Shown: positions 12,645 through 25,852 of the stretch, in pieces
Position numbering within the stretch: the stretch's first letter is position 1
Layout: each line of letters starts with the position of its first letter
Assembly (NCBI RefSeq): GCF_036321535.1
Contig: NC_087437.1
Span: 73,658,001 to 73,722,000, forward strand
Source of the DNA: Camelus dromedarius
Lineage: Eukaryota
Direction: 5' to 3'
Length of the DNA: 64,000 nt
The notes under the pieces: generated by a model
Seen by the model: only the letters and a program-made list of their open reading frames with translations
Told to the model about the DNA's origin: nothing
Database searches by the model: none
Position numbers and translations under genes: made by a program

Positions 12645-13900
12645 CTCATTCATTTGTTTATCTGTCATATATGCCAGGTGCTGTCTGATGAATGGAGGCA
12701 ATAAGGACACAGTGCTTGAATTACTGGCTGAGTTCAGGAAGTTAGTTTGTCTGACTGTAGTCCAGGCTGTGTAGCAATGAAAACAAGAATCATACAAAAG
12801 AAACAAGAGTAAACTCTTATAAAAGATTATATAATTAAAATCCAAACTGTTAACCCATAAATGCCTGGGGAATCCCAGCCAACAGACTGACCGTTAGGCT
12901 AGAGGTGCTGTGGCGGGTGGAGGATAGGAGCCAGTGGGCATTGAGGGATGGGAAACACAAGATGTTCCTGGGAGGGAAGGCGTGGAGGCAAGAGATCACG
13001 TGTTCTGATCTAATGGTGAAGTGGCCCAGCTTAATGAATGGAAGTTCATGTTATAAAGTCAGCTGAAATAAGGTTATTAGATTGAGGTGAAGTTTGATTT
13101 AGGGAACCTTGAGAATTAAACAGAGAAGTTTTGTCATCATAATCGCTAATATTTATTGCATATTAACTGTTTGACAGGCATTGTTCTAAATGCTTTTAAT
13201 ATATTAACCCATTTAATCCTTGTTACACTATGATGTGGTTACCATTATTATCATTTTAAAGAGGAGGAAATTGATGCACAGAAGGTTTGAATCATTTGCC
13301 AAGGCCTTACAGCTAAGATGTTGCTGGCCTGGGGTTTGAATTCAAGCAGTCTGGCTCCAGAATCCATGCTTTTATTACTTTTGTTACACTATCTGAGAAG
13401 TTATGGTGCAGGTAGGAAATGACAGTTTTTGATGAGAGGACTGAGAAAATTAAAGCTACACATAGAGAGGTATGTATATTGGGGAAGAGTAAGAGTCAGA
13501 GACCTTAGGTGACATTCCAGGATAAGTCAATGGGTCTATAGGCTAGGATGGGTGTGGTTACGGAAATGGAGAATTTAGGAATTTAAGCTGTGAGGATGAA
13601 AGTAACTTTAAATTGCTCCAAGTACTAAGGCTGATTGCTTGGCCGAAGGATTGTGCCATTGACAAACATAAGGAAATTACAGCAGATGGCAGTTTTGGGG
13701 AAAAAACACAATGAAGTTGGCTTAATGCACACAGAATTTGATTTAGCTTTTGAAATTGTGAGGCTAGACTTAGACAGGATTGAGAGATAGAAACATAAGT
13801 TCAGGAGTCATTAGCAAAGAGATGCTAGTGGAAGTCACAAGAATAGATGCACTCACTCTCCAAGGGAGAGACTGTGAAGAGAAGAGAGCAGAAGGCAGAA
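12645..13900 (-). mobile_element. L2 LINE, interrupted by MIR at ~13135-13394
   Basis: Tail tcattcatttg..tgccaggtgctgt, followed by a purine-rich antisense L2 body (gtgccattgacaaacataaggaa, ggagtcattagcaaagagatg). Confidence 0.75.
13135..13394 (-). mobile_element. Full-length MIR SINE
   Basis: gctaatatttattg..ggcattgttctaaatgct..catttaatcct..gaggaaattgatgcacaga..tttgaattcaagcagtctggctccagaatccatgct. Confidence 0.9.
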
Positions 13901-15204
13901 GGGGCAGGTTAATTAGTAACACCAGCTAATGGCCAACCAAAGGTTGCCAAGCAAAGCACCTGCCAGATTTGTTTAAACAATGTTTTTTTAAGTTTTGTTT
14001 ACACTCTTAATTTGCTTAGCAAACCCTGTCCTCCACATAGTTTGTGGGGAACAGGGCAACTTTTGAATCAATTTCAATAATCAGAAATTAGAATTCTGAG
14101 ATCGCTGAGTAAATACAGTTTATATTAAACACATCACAACCTCCCCCATCCTGGCCTGACCTTTATCCTTTACTTAATATGTACCCCTCATCTTCCCAAA
14201 GGGACCACATAATTCTTATATTGTACCTTCCCTCTCCTGAAAACTTTCCTTTCATTCTTTACCTGCAAGACAATTAAAACAAATTCAGTGGCTCAGCGTT
14301 TTACCCATCATGGATCTAATAGTCCTCATTTATTAAGGAGCTTACATGGACTCTTTTTCTTTTTCCCCTTAAAATATTTACAGCAATCTGTTACTCATTC
14401 TGAATTTTAAACCACTTAGTTTTGTCTGGAAATAGCAATTCATTTCATGTATCATTTTTTTTTGTTTATCACTATTTCATCTTTCATTCTCATCTTCAGA
14501 CAAAGAAGAGTTCTTTAAAATATTTTTTGTCCCAAGTGACTTCCCTGAATTGCGTGCTCTACTAATCAAAGCTTAATTTACTAAATGCCACCCCAGCCTG
14601 TTGCCCTCAGACAGAGTATATCTTGATTCACTCCTTTTTTAAAAATTGAATACTAAGTCCTTCCAAAATGATCACCCTGTCTTTTTTGGTGACCCTCCAC
14701 AAATCTTTGATGATACTCAGTTATATGGTTCAGTAATTTTATTAGTAAATAATAATAATAATAACCCATCACATTACTGTGGTTTTGAACTTAATTACAG
14801 AGCAGTGAACCCTATATTTTCATTCTTCTTTTGAATCTTGCAAACTGACTTTTAACTTCTTTTGATAGAGATTTAGCCAAGTATCTGCCTCTTCATAATC
14901 AAATTGTTTATAGGTTCCATGTCATTTATTGCATTTTTCATCAATTCCAGCTGGTGAGGATTCCATTTTGCCCATTTTCATGAAGAGCTGCCTTAATTTC
15001 CTTCGACCTCAGATCACAGGGCTGGTGCTACTGACAGTAAGTCCATCTTAAAGGAATGGTATTGCCATTAGCACTTCTTTGCCTGCTGCAAATCTCTGCA
15101 AACCAGGAAGAGACAGATTGGGACAGAGCTTGGATATCTACCAGGTTAGGCTTTGAAATTTCTTGGTGGATCCTAATAGATGGTTGAGCCTCTGTGGTTT
15201 ATGG

Positions 15205-15478
15205 CAGCATTTCCCAAAATGTATTCTTAAATGCTATAGTTTATGAATAAATGTTACACATAAAAAGTATTCCATAGTCCAAGATGTAAAATTCTGGCTT
15301 AATCAAGGTTAAGAAGTTGTCTTTCCTCCCTGACTTCTCAGAGCCCTCAAATACACTAATATGTATTGTGAACTTCCAAGAGGAAGATGTTGTGTCTTCT
15401 GCAGCCCCAAGTTTTTTCTCCTTTCCTGCATATTATAGAATTATAGAATTATTTCCTACATTTTAGGAAATGTAGGTC
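15205..15478. mobile_element. hAT-Charlie MITE, MER103C-like
   Basis: Starts cagcatttcccaaaatgtattc, has the central gacttctcagagccctcaaatacactaatatgtattgtgaacttccaagaggaagat, and ends ttttaggaaatg. Confidence 0.75.
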
Positions 15479-15814
15479 TAGTTATGGATTCTAATATAAA
15501 CGTTTTTGATGGGTTTATTTGTTTTTTCCATTAGCTTTCCTTGTTTACAGGATCTTATTTTAACTTTGAATATTTTGTTGTAAACTTATTTTAATTTCTC
15601 CATTTCCAGTGAAACTGTAGACAACCAGTTTTAACTTTTATCTTTGCAAACTGTTTTTAAGTTTCATTAATAGAGCAGCCTGGAGCTTTCCTTAAGTTGT
15701 AGAGGCATTTTGTTTGTTTGGTTGGTTGGTTTTTGGGTTTTTTTTTCTGTAGTAGGAAATTACTGTCCTCAATATTGAAAAATTATTTTTACTGGCCTTG
15801 TTACTAAGTGCATT

Positions 15815-16720
15815 TATGTAAGAAATATTTGTTGAGTACATATACTCAGTCATAGGATGAACAACCTTCCTACGTTGCCTAGGAATGAAGCAGTTCTGAA
15901 GACATGGGATTTTTGGTTCTAAAACTGGGGAATTCCCAGACAAATTGGTACTAGTGTGGCACGCTTAGCAATGTAGCAGTAAACAAGGACAGTCCAGGCA
16001 AAAGAAATAGCATGTATCAATGCCCTGAGGCAGGAGCAAACTCATTGTAGCCAAGAACAGACGCATTACATTAAAGGGGTGTCTGTTGGAGAAACAGGCA
16101 AAGGCCAGGTCATGCAATGCCATATGGGATTATGATTTTATTTTAGGGACAAAGGGAAGGCAACTGGATGGCTTTAGTAATGACATGATGTTTTAAATTT
16201 TAAAAAAAAGTCACTTTGGTGAATGAGCGGAAAATGAACTCTAAGATGAAAAGAGGCTATTATAGAAGTCCAAGTGATAGAGAATGGTGTCATGGAGAAG
16301 ACGAGTAACTATGGAGGGAGGTATAATTTGGAAATATAATTGACTGGACTTACTTAGTGACAGTATCTGGGGTACACTTGAGTTTTAGGACAGGTGAAAT
16401 AGATGAGTGGAGGTGTCATTTACTGGGATGGAGAATATCAGTGTAGGTACAGTTTTGGCAGGGAGAGTATCCTGGATTACGATTTCTGATTTGGAAATGT
16501 AAAGCCGAGTCACAGGGCAGCAATCAACTGGAAATGTCAAGCAGAGAATTGGATATAGAAGTCTGGCTTTATTGGAGAGGTCAGACATAGAGCAACATAT
16601 CCATCAGCATATAGATAGTATTTGAAGTGATGGGACTCCATGATACTACCTAGGTAGAGAGTTTAAAAAGTGAGGTACCGAGGGCCCATGACTGAGCTGT
16701 GAGGTGCTCCAACAATTGAG
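15815..16720 (-). mobile_element. L2 LINE
   Basis: gaaatatttgttgagtac tail and antisense body motifs gccctgaggcagga, ggaggtgtcatttactgggatggagaa, catcagcatatagatagtatttgaag. Confidence 0.8.
15853..15967. mobile_element. hAT-Blackjack MITE, MER81-like, inserted in L2 tail
   Basis: taggatgaacaacc..gggatttttggttctaaaactggggaattcccagacaaattgg..cacgctta follows the MER81 consensus. Confidence 0.7.
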
Positions 16721-18154
16721 ATGCTGTGTTAATTCTTCTGAAGAAGATGACTCCTTCAGTCCAGACTCTGAAAATAAAGATTAGCGAAAGTCTGTTTGGA
16801 ACCATCTTGCAGAGAGTGCCTTCAAATCCCTGTTGACCAGGCTTGGTTTTTCAACAGAATCATCTGTAGAATGGGAGAGGTGACCCATCAGGCTGCAGCA
16901 GCCAGGTGAAAATCCCTCCTAGGAGTGAGCCGTTTACTTCCTTTGTCCTTATTTGATGGTTACATTTTGGAAAAAAGAGAGCTAAGGTCCCAAGTGAGCC
17001 TGAAAGAGCACCAACGAAGCCAAGAAAGTACAGCATACCTAAGTCTGGGAACGTTTGCCCTCATTACTGATGCCTGTATGTTTGATGTGTTCCAAATATA
17101 AGCCATTCAAAATACACACCGTTTAATACAGTTTAAAAAATATCTATACCATTCTCTGAAGTGTACTTGAAAGAGAGGAACATATACTTCAAAATACAGC
17201 GGTTCTGTATCCAACGTTGTCAAGCAGAAGTCAGGGGAGGGCTTTCACGGGAAGGGACCTCTGGGACTTGTCGCAACCACTGCTCTTCTCTTGACAGGTG
17301 TATCCTTTTTGTGGAGAGAGATGATTCATCAGAATGTTACGGTCTGATGAAAAATTCCTTACAGCCATGTAATTTCCTGTGTCTTAGTTTTGTTTTCACT
17401 AATAGCTTTGGAAGTTTATTTAGTTTTCTCAAGTAGTTTTTCCCAGTGGGAAGAAAAGGCATCAGTGAACAATATATTTCTCATAGAAAATTAATAAATA
17501 AATTGCCATTCTTGTAGTAATTAGTCTCTGGGGTTCAGGAAGCTTGAGAAATTTTTCTCAGGATGGTATAATTCTATGAACCAAACGCCCAGGTTTTGGA
17601 CCTGACAGAAGTGAGTGACCCATCGGTGAGTGTCAGACCTCAGCAAGTGAGCTTAGCCGAAATGGCTTGGTGTGTGGCACAGCTGCCTTCACCTCACAGG
17701 CTCAGGGGAAGTCTCTGTCTTCCCTGGCATCTGCTTCAAAGTTTATTTTGAGGATTTGCCTCCCAAACCTGTTTCCTCCTTATGGTCTGTGGTGTGCTGT
17801 GCATTTTGGTTTCAGACCATTCCTTTTCTGTTGACTTTGGGACCCTTTTTTGCTACTGCAGCTGTTCTCTCCCCACCTTCCCACAGGGATCACGACCGTG
17901 GCTGCTCACAGCAACTCCGCCTTAATTCTAGAGCTGCCTGTGTCTTACTGTTTGTCTTCCGCACGGGACTCCAGGCAGTGCAGCCCCGAGGAGAATCATT
18001 AAAATCAGCTTGCTGCATTTGTCTAGGGCTTTTTTTTTTTTTCTTTCAGTTTTCTAGAAATTAATGAGGAGTCAAGAAAACTTAGATAGTATGAGCCAAT
18101 TTCTTTGAAACTTATATCCTTTCAAATGAGCAACCCTTGAGGGGCTGAGCTTGG

Positions 18155-18607
18155 CACCTGGGTTTCTTAGGTCTGTCATAACAAAATACCACACAGAATG
18201 ACTTAGATGAACAGGGATGTGTTGTCTTACAGTTCTGGAAGAAAGAAGTCCAAAGTCAGTGTGCAGGAGGGCCATGATCCCTCCAAAGGATCTAGGAAAG
18301 AACAGTTCCTTGCCTCTTCCTAGGTTCTGGTGGTGGCTACAATATTTGGCATTTCTCGGATTACAGCTACAGTATATCAATCTGTTTACTTTACCACATG
18401 GTATTCTCCCATTATGTGCCAGTACTTCTGTGTCTTTTCTCCTCTTCTTTTAAGGACAACAGTCATTTGGGATTAGGGCCCATACTCATGGCCTAATCTT
18501 CTTGATTACATCTGCAAAGACCCTATTTCCAAATAAGGATATATCCACAGGTAGCAGGGTAAGGGCTTTAACATACCTTTTTGGGGAGACACAATTCAAC
18601 CCAAGCA
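18155..18607 (-). mobile_element. Solo LTR, MaLR MLT1B/MLT1C-like
   Basis: cataacaaaataccaca..acagttctgga..gattacatctgcaaagaccctatttccaaataagg..gacacaattcaaccc. A 5-bp flank cttgg occurs at both 18150-18154 and 18608-18612 (likely TSD). Confidence 0.88.
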
Positions 18608-20299
18608 CTTGGTATAGACCTTAAGATCTAGAGTTTATGGTGAGAAAATGTTCCATCGTTATCTTGACATGAAGGTATGATGGACCTGCCTCCTCTGATT
18701 GCAAGTATTCTAACACTTGCCCTATTTTCTCAAAGAGGATTTTTCTTCTCAACATTATAGCAGAATAAGAGTTTGTTATTTTGTCATCCTTGAAAATTTA
18801 TTTTGCCCTGTGTCACTGTTTCATTGGGATACTTAGGTAAAACACATAAACTCTCCAAGTAGATAAAATGAAGAAAACGGTTATTTATTTATTGACTTTT
18901 GAGCTTCAGAAGCTAAGGACCTCGAATAAAACAATAGAGTTGGAAGAATACTTCCTGATACAAATCTGATACAAATTCTTCCTGCACCAGTAGAGATGAA
19001 AATTCTATGATTTTGGGATAAAGAGCTCTAGGAGAGTGCAAAAGAAATAGTGAAACTGCAAGAAGAAAAGCAATAGAAAGAGTTGCTGGTATGGATCTCC
19101 GAGAAAGGACCCTCCCTTTGCCTCCATGGTTGGCAAGATCAATAGAATTCTTTTGTAGATTCAGGGATATGAGAGGAAAGGAGCCCTGTGCTCACTTGTT
19201 GTCTGGGAGCCCTGGGAATGGCAGCCTTGCAGATTTTCCTGTATTATCATTGATGTCAAATCTCCATGAAAGAGAGTTTCAAGGGATATTGAATAGAGAG
19301 GTCCTGAGACAGCCTTAGCATGGGTAGGCAATAGTTTTTTGTAAATCTGGGAAGCGTTTAAATGATAGTGAGAGGGCTCATAGATTTGATGAAGTCTTGA
19401 TGGAAGGATGACTGTGCAGCTGGGTATCAGATGGAAAGGTGGATAATCCTGCAGTTGTCGGTGGTGTTAAGAGTGCAGTAATGGAGGAAGTGACAATGTG
19501 ATAATAAATCTTTCAGTGAATGCCAGAGTGGAAAGAGAGCTCCCAGGGACAAGACAACTCTCCTCTCCAGATCAATTAAGGCCATGAAGTCCAGGGAAAG
19601 AAATGAAACTTCATGGGAAAGAGCAAAAGAGGAAACCCTGAGATGACTGGAGTTCACTCCAGACTAACCAAGATGACCTTTCTACTACCTGACAAAAAGA
19701 GGTCTCAACATGGAAACTAAGTTCATTTATAGAAAAATAAAGTCACCTCCTTTTGTTGTCCCCTGAGTTTATGATCTGAAATATCATACCTACTATGACA
19801 TCTCTGCAGTAAACAGATGAGTAAGAAAATATCTTGCTCATCTTCCCTGGGAAAAAGTAAACACCCTTTCCCAGTAAACAAGCGAGCTCCAAGGCACTCT
19901 GCAGCAAGACATACCTGCGGTTTGGACAATAATCCCCCGGGGGGACAGGGTCAGTGTTTCTGCCATGATTGTCCCTCAAGTGTGTAACATGGGGTGCCCT
20001 GAGAGAGGATACATTCGCCAAATAATGAAGGGGTGATTTAATGTTCATTAAAGAATCCCATGGCATGGTAAAATGAAACTTACCACAAATAGGGGAGCGT
20101 GTGAGATAGTGACAAGTGAAACTGGTTATCCCTGTTTTCCTTCTGGCCGAGAAGTAGCCAAGCCTGGAGTTTTGTAGGCACTGGCTCAGAGAACAATAAA
20201 ATGCCCTTCAACATTTCTGAGCTCTGATTGTCTCACATATATCACAGTGATGCTTTCATCTCTCTTTAACTTCTGTCTGTACCTAGTTGTTAACGATAA

Positions 20300-20530
20300 T
20301 ATAGTAGTAATCAGCATTTGAGATAAACACAAGTATGCTAAACTCAGCTCTTTATGCATTTTCTCATTTAAGAGGCACAACAGTTCTATGAGGTAGTGAG
20401 TACTCACTGCCATTTGTCAGATGAGAAAATGAGGCTGCCGAGAGAGAATAAGTAACTCTGGGTTCTACAGCTGGCTCGTGCTAAGACACAAAATCCGGGC
20501 TTGTTTTTAGCCACTATGCTCTGTGGCCGC
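20300..20530 (-). mobile_element. MIR SINE
   Basis: cacaacagttctatgaggtag..ccatttgtcagatgagaaaatgaggct core. Confidence 0.7.
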
Positions 20531-21611
20531 CAGACTGTGGAAAATATATTTGGAAGCCATTTGTTTTTGAGTGTTTGATTTTTTTAAATATAAAGTATAT
20601 AATATTTTTTAAGATACTTGTGACACCCACCTGCTTCAGTGGTTGCTGCCACCCTCTCTTTTCCAGCCTACCTCTAGGGCAGAGAGGGGAAGAACGGGCC
20701 TGCCAGGGAGATAACTGCAAACCAGTGAATCGGTTAAAATCATTGAAGGCACAGAGGAAAACTGCTGCCAAGAGAGGTCACTGAAATCCATCTCTGATTG
20801 TCGTCCTCCAGTGATCACAGAGCTGGGGCTTGCTGGCCGTGTCTGGGCTGCAGCAAGTGCTGAAGAAATCATACCCATTCTTGCAGAACCCCTTGGGTCA
20901 CACTAGCAGCTTAGGGAAAGTGATAAACAAGCATGCCTTTTAGCCCTTGTTTTCAGCTCTTCCAAGGCTGTTGGGGTGACTGCTCCAGTGGTGTCCTTGT
21001 CTCCTCTTCATCCTTATCACACCTTGCTTCAGGTGCCACTAGACACGGAGTATCTGGTTTGCTGAAATGGATGGAATATCACTTCAGAATACAAGTTCAT
21101 GCAGTATTTATACCCTCTTTTTCTAGCTCAAAATAAGACTTTAAAATTACTTACTGCATTGTTCTCCAACATCGCCTTCCGAGTTTACCTACCACTTTCT
21201 CCACAATACGCAATTCCCAGCAGTGCAGTAGCTAGATAGGAGTTTGTATCTAGGCATGTATTTCTGAAAATCTATCCCTCCTATATTAGGATGGTTCTCT
21301 TTATTCCAACTCAGTCTGCTGAAATGGTTACTTTCCTTCTGAGCTCTCTCTTCCCTGTTTCTCCTGAGGGGATACAGGCGTGTTCCTGGGCTGAGAATTT
21401 TATTACTAGAATGAACGCCTTCTCTGAATGTAATGCTGATGCTTTGCAACTTAGCAGCCAGTCGTGCTGCGTGTTTCAGGTTACCCCGCACTTTGCCGGT
21501 CTCTGCTTCCAAAGCTCAGTGCTAGGTGTGTTTACTAGAGATGATCACCCTTTCCAACCTGCTCCAGCCCTGTCTTAAAAAGTGTCTCCTGCTCATAGTG
21601 TCGCTGTGGAC

Positions 21612-21837
21612 GTGGGGTCAGTAAATTACAGCCTGTGGAACAAATGTGACCCAACACATATTTTTGTAAATAAACTTTTGTTGGAACACAGCCACACCTA
21701 CTCATTTATGTATTGTCTCGGACTACTTCTGTGCTACAACAGCAGAGCTGAGTAGTTTTGACAGAGAATACATGGATCCCAAGGGCTAAAATATTTACTA
21801 TATTGGCCCTTTACTGAAAAAAAGTTACCAACTCTCG
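21612..21837. mobile_element. hAT-Charlie MITE MER58A
   Basis: ggggtcagtaaattacagcctgtgg..tttttgtaaataaacttttgttggaacacagccac..gcagagctgagtagt..aaaatatttactat..ggccctttac; ~225 bp. Confidence 0.9.
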
Positions 21838-21879
21838 TGTAAGCTATTGCCATGATCCTTATTAGGCACTATTTCTGTA

Positions 21880-22260
21880 ATCCCAATGGCCAACACTCAT
21901 GGCACCAAGAGAACCAATCTGGAAGCGTGTCTCCTCTGATCAGATTCTCCCTGCAAGGAATTTGTGATGACAATAGTCAGGGGTCCATTTGTAAGCAGAA
22001 TTTAGGAAACTGGTCCACGTCAAGATTGAAGGATGAAGCCAGTCTGCAGCAGGAAGGAGAGAAGTTAGATCTTGCTTCCCTGAGAAAACAAAAATGATGG
22101 AAATAGCAGCTGTGTTGGCTCCTGCTGACTTTCCTGTTCTTGGTTCTAGTCTCTCACAAGGCCCAGCTGCATATTTTGACCTTGAATTTCAGGAGATAGC
22201 CTTGTTTTGCTTCCAATAAATTTCCCTTTTCCCTTAAGCTCATTTCGTGACCAAGTCAGT
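21880..22260 (+). mobile_element. ERVL LTR33-like remnant
   Basis: ctttcctgttcttggttctagt..aggcccagctgcat..ccaataaatttcccttttcccttaagct resembles the LTR33 3' part; the 5' boundary is uncertain. Confidence 0.55.
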
Positions 22261-23569
22261 GAGTTTAGACCGTAGGTATGCTGAGGGTTTTCATTCAACA
22301 TCCTTTCTTTCACAAAGTTTGCTTCATCTTCCCTTGGCTGCTCAATGCTCCTCCTAAGCAGTTAAGCACAGTCACAGCATATCTGACAACAACACTAATT
22401 AGATGGGCAGTTGATTCCTCTAGGGGGAAGGAAGGATGCTGGTGGGGGAATACGGTTAGGAAATGATCACTCTGTGATAATTTGGGAATTTTGCAAATTG
22501 TATGCAGAAGTGTACAGAACATTTCACTCTCTACTTCTGGGCTTTTGTGCGAGTACAGACAGAAAATTTTTTTATTCACTTTCAAATAACAGGGCCCTGC
22601 TTTTTTTCTTTTTTAACATGATGTTTTTAGCCTCACTAATCATGTGGTGATTTTTCTTTATTTTGGTACTATTTGGATTTTTTCAAATGTATTCCCAAAA
22701 ATTAGAGAGGAGAAAAAGTCTCTGGGCTTTGGAGGGCTTCTCCAAACATCTCATTAGTGTGGTAAACAGCTGAAACTTAAAATGATACTTTGATGAAGGA
22801 AGGTAAATGGCAGCCTTTTTTTTTTTTTTTTTTTTTGCATTGATTTTATCAATATTTTACTTTGAAATTCCGGTCTTGTAAACTTTTAAAAAATAAGGAA
22901 CATAGCAAACAAGTAAATAATAACCAATAAGGTCATTATGAGGCCTAGTCATCAAAATCTCTCTTAGGTTATTCATTTTTTATCAAAATTGGGTGTCATA
23001 ATCTTTTGTTTCTAGATGGACACAGACATCTGATGAAGACATAGCCTGAAAAGAAAGTGCTAGAGTTTAGGGAGCACAGAACTTACTGATCTCTGGGAAC
23101 TTTCAAACTTTTGTGGGATTTATAGAATTTATAATTTTTCTTTTCTGTGACAGTATATGGCACTGCCCTCCTGGAACACTTTAAATGCAATTAATGGTTT
23201 ACTTAAAAGGTTTTAAGCAATATTTTATGGGTTGTTGGAAACATTAAACTTAATTTCAGAGAAGACACACTAGCTATGTAAGGAAGCATGAGATTTTTTG
23301 AACTTTATCCAATAGAATAATTTTTAATGCAATATCTTAATGACCAAAGAAGTGATAAAACTCGTGTTACCCATATTATCTAAAATTTTCAAGAAATTTG
23401 AGGTTTATTCCATATTACTTAATATATATTTTACAGATTATAAGATGTCTTTGTCATTTTGTTTAGATTTCTCCTTATTAGTATTTTAGGCAATATTTCA
23501 AAGGTGTTTACATACCTTATGTTTGTCTGCTGAATTAATTTTATTTCTTTAACAAACACAAGTTCTTTC

Positions 23570-23792
23570 TGGGTGCTAGACACAGTGGTGTGTAAGTACT
23601 TAAAAAATATGTACATTTAATCCCCACAACCACATGAGGTAAGTGTACATTTCTGTGTACAGCTGAGGAAACTGAGGCACACAGATTGATTAGAGTAGCT
23701 TGCCTGTAGTCACACAGTCAGTAAAGTGAATGATCAGGATTTGAGCTAAAATCATCCAGCTCCAGAGCTGATGCTTTTAACCACTCTTGTGT
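23570..23792 (-). mobile_element. MIR SINE
   Basis: catttaatccccacaacc..acagctgaggaaactgaggcacacag..gtcacacagtcagtaa..ggatttga..ctccagagc. Confidence 0.88.
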
Positions 23793-25169
23793 ATTAAATG
23801 GTTGCATTCCCTTCATTTTGGAGAGGGATACAGATTTTACTCCTCAGAAAATTACCACCCACAGTACTTATTCTGTAGAGTCAGACACAGGATCTCTTGA
23901 AACATGTCAAAAAATATACTTGTGACTCAGCGAGAATTCTTGCTCAGAGATTCAGCCCTCAAACATTTCTAACCACACCACTCTATCCAGGGCACAGCAA
24001 AAGTAGAAACTGTGTGGCGAAATCAGTAACTTGCCAAGGTCAGTGTCAATTCCAAACACAGGGCAGTGCCAACCCTCTTCTGTTTGAAGGCTAGATTGAG
24101 GTTAGGACAAAATGATCAGATGAACAATCCTCTATTCTAAACTACTTCTCTGGGCCTGAGAAGAGGTAGATTTACTTCAATCAACCCAATTTTCTTGCAT
24201 TATCACAATAGCTTCAAGTTGTCATATGAGTTAAAGGCAAATGTACCCAAGCTCTTAAGGAACAAGTTTGTTTCTGAGCATCTTCTTTCTTGGCCAATAG
24301 CAGAAATTGCTTTGTTGTTTCATTAATTTAATTTTTTAACCATTATAAATTTAAAAGAAGATTATTTGACTTAAGTTTGAATTGAGTGTGCTATTTTGTA
24401 TTTGCCTTTTCCCAAGAAAAAAATGTAGATACTGAAACAATTTCACATTTTGTTCTCTCTTTCTCTTTTCATCTTCCTCCTTCTTTCCTCCTTCCTTCCC
24501 TTTATGTTGAACTTCTTCCAACATTAGAAATAACAAGGTGATTTAGGTCTTAATCCCTCCCCTAAGGAGCTCAGAGTTTCACAAGAGAGACAGACATCAA
24601 AACAAAGAACTGTAAGTCAATGCAATGAGCACCATAATGGGGATATGCCTAGAGTATATGTCAGACAGAAGCCCCTTAAAACCATGCCAGAAATCCATAC
24701 TAAAGAAATAACAGCCAAACGTAGAAACCATTGGGAGTCAAGAGCAGAGCAGAGAGAGAAGCCATCACCAATGCCTGGTATCAGAGAAAACAGTATTACT
24801 CTCAAGATCCTTAGGTAATCCAGAGAAAGAAACAATTATGAATAAGTGGAGGGAAAATGTGCAGGAGGTCTATTTTAATCCTACTAGACTGGGTCTTGCT
24901 ACCACAGACTCCTTTTAAAGGAACAGGAGTGGAAAGGCTTCCAGACAGAACTTCTGTTTACCCTATGGATGCAGGGTTGCATGTAATACCAGAGGAACAT
25001 GGAAGAGATAGTGAAGTTCTCCTGGAAGAGGGTTGGGAAGTGTAGGTAGAAAGAGGGGCAAATTATAGAGGCAAGAGAGTGCATGGAAAATTTGAAAAAG
25101 GCTGTTCTGTCTCACTCACTGTGGTTGGAATATAGAACCTATTCCAACTCTGTTGCTTTGATCTGCCTA

Positions 25170-25852
25170 GCTCTCCCTCTTTCTCCTACTCCATAGTGTC
25201 CTATGTTTCTGGTTGGGGCTGTCAATCCCAGTATTCCTCTTCTCCCCCATGGAGGCACATCAGTGACTCAGGTATAGCCAATCAAAATTCCCTTTCCTCT
25301 GGTTACAGTGATTCCTATAGAGATGCTTGGATACCAGAGTCTGCCTGTTTGGCTTCAGATTCTAGCCCTGCCACTTCTCAACTCAGTGATCTTGGGCAAG
25401 TTACTCTCTCTCTCTATACTTCAGTTTCCCTATCTCCAAAATGCAGTTGATGATAGGGTTTTTGTGAGGACAAAATCACACACACACACACACACACACA
25501 TATATGTATATAAAGCATGGAGAACAGGAGAACTGTGCCTGGAACATGGTACACGCTCTCCATGGTATCATTTATTTATTTAGAATGGAGGGAAATGTGC
25601 TTTGCATTTTTGGTCAAAGGATTATAAGAAAGTGCAGTGGGGGCCGATGGTAGACATTTATACTGCCACATGGAGCAAGTCTGTCTACAGCGGAGGTGAA
25701 TGTGGCCAGCACCTGGGGAGCAACAGAATCAAGATGCCATTCATCCATCTGTTTATGTGTCTGTCTCCGTATTAACAGTTACCTATTCTGGGACCAACAA
25801 ATTCCTTAACTAGTTTGGGTTGGATTCCTGTCACTTGCTACTTAAAAAGACC
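25170..25852 (+). mobile_element. ERVL LTR16-like solo LTR, interrupted by MIR (~25325-25565)
   Basis: gtgactcaggtatagccaatcaaaattccc..ggttacagtgatt on the left; gtttgggttggattcctgtcacttgc..aaaaga on the right. Confidence 0.6.
25325..25565 (+). mobile_element. MIR SINE containing (CA)n at ~25477-25500
   Basis: ctagccctgccacttctc..gtgatcttgggcaagttact..cttcagtttccctatct..aaaatg..gaactgtgcctggaacatggta. Confidence 0.82.

Noticed and set aside
17325..17351. Small hairpin ttcatcaga..tctgatgaa with C/D-box-like words
   Set aside because: Spacing and box order do not fit a C/D snoRNA.
20636..21578. Cluster of 67-107 aa ORFs in unique sequence as possible exons
   Set aside because: No recognisable protein similarity and no consistent acceptor/donor pair keeping an open frame.
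23001..23060. Splice-acceptor-like tttgtttctag followed by ATG
   Set aside because: All three frames stop within about 60 nt and no clear donor follows; an exon cannot be supported without transcript data.
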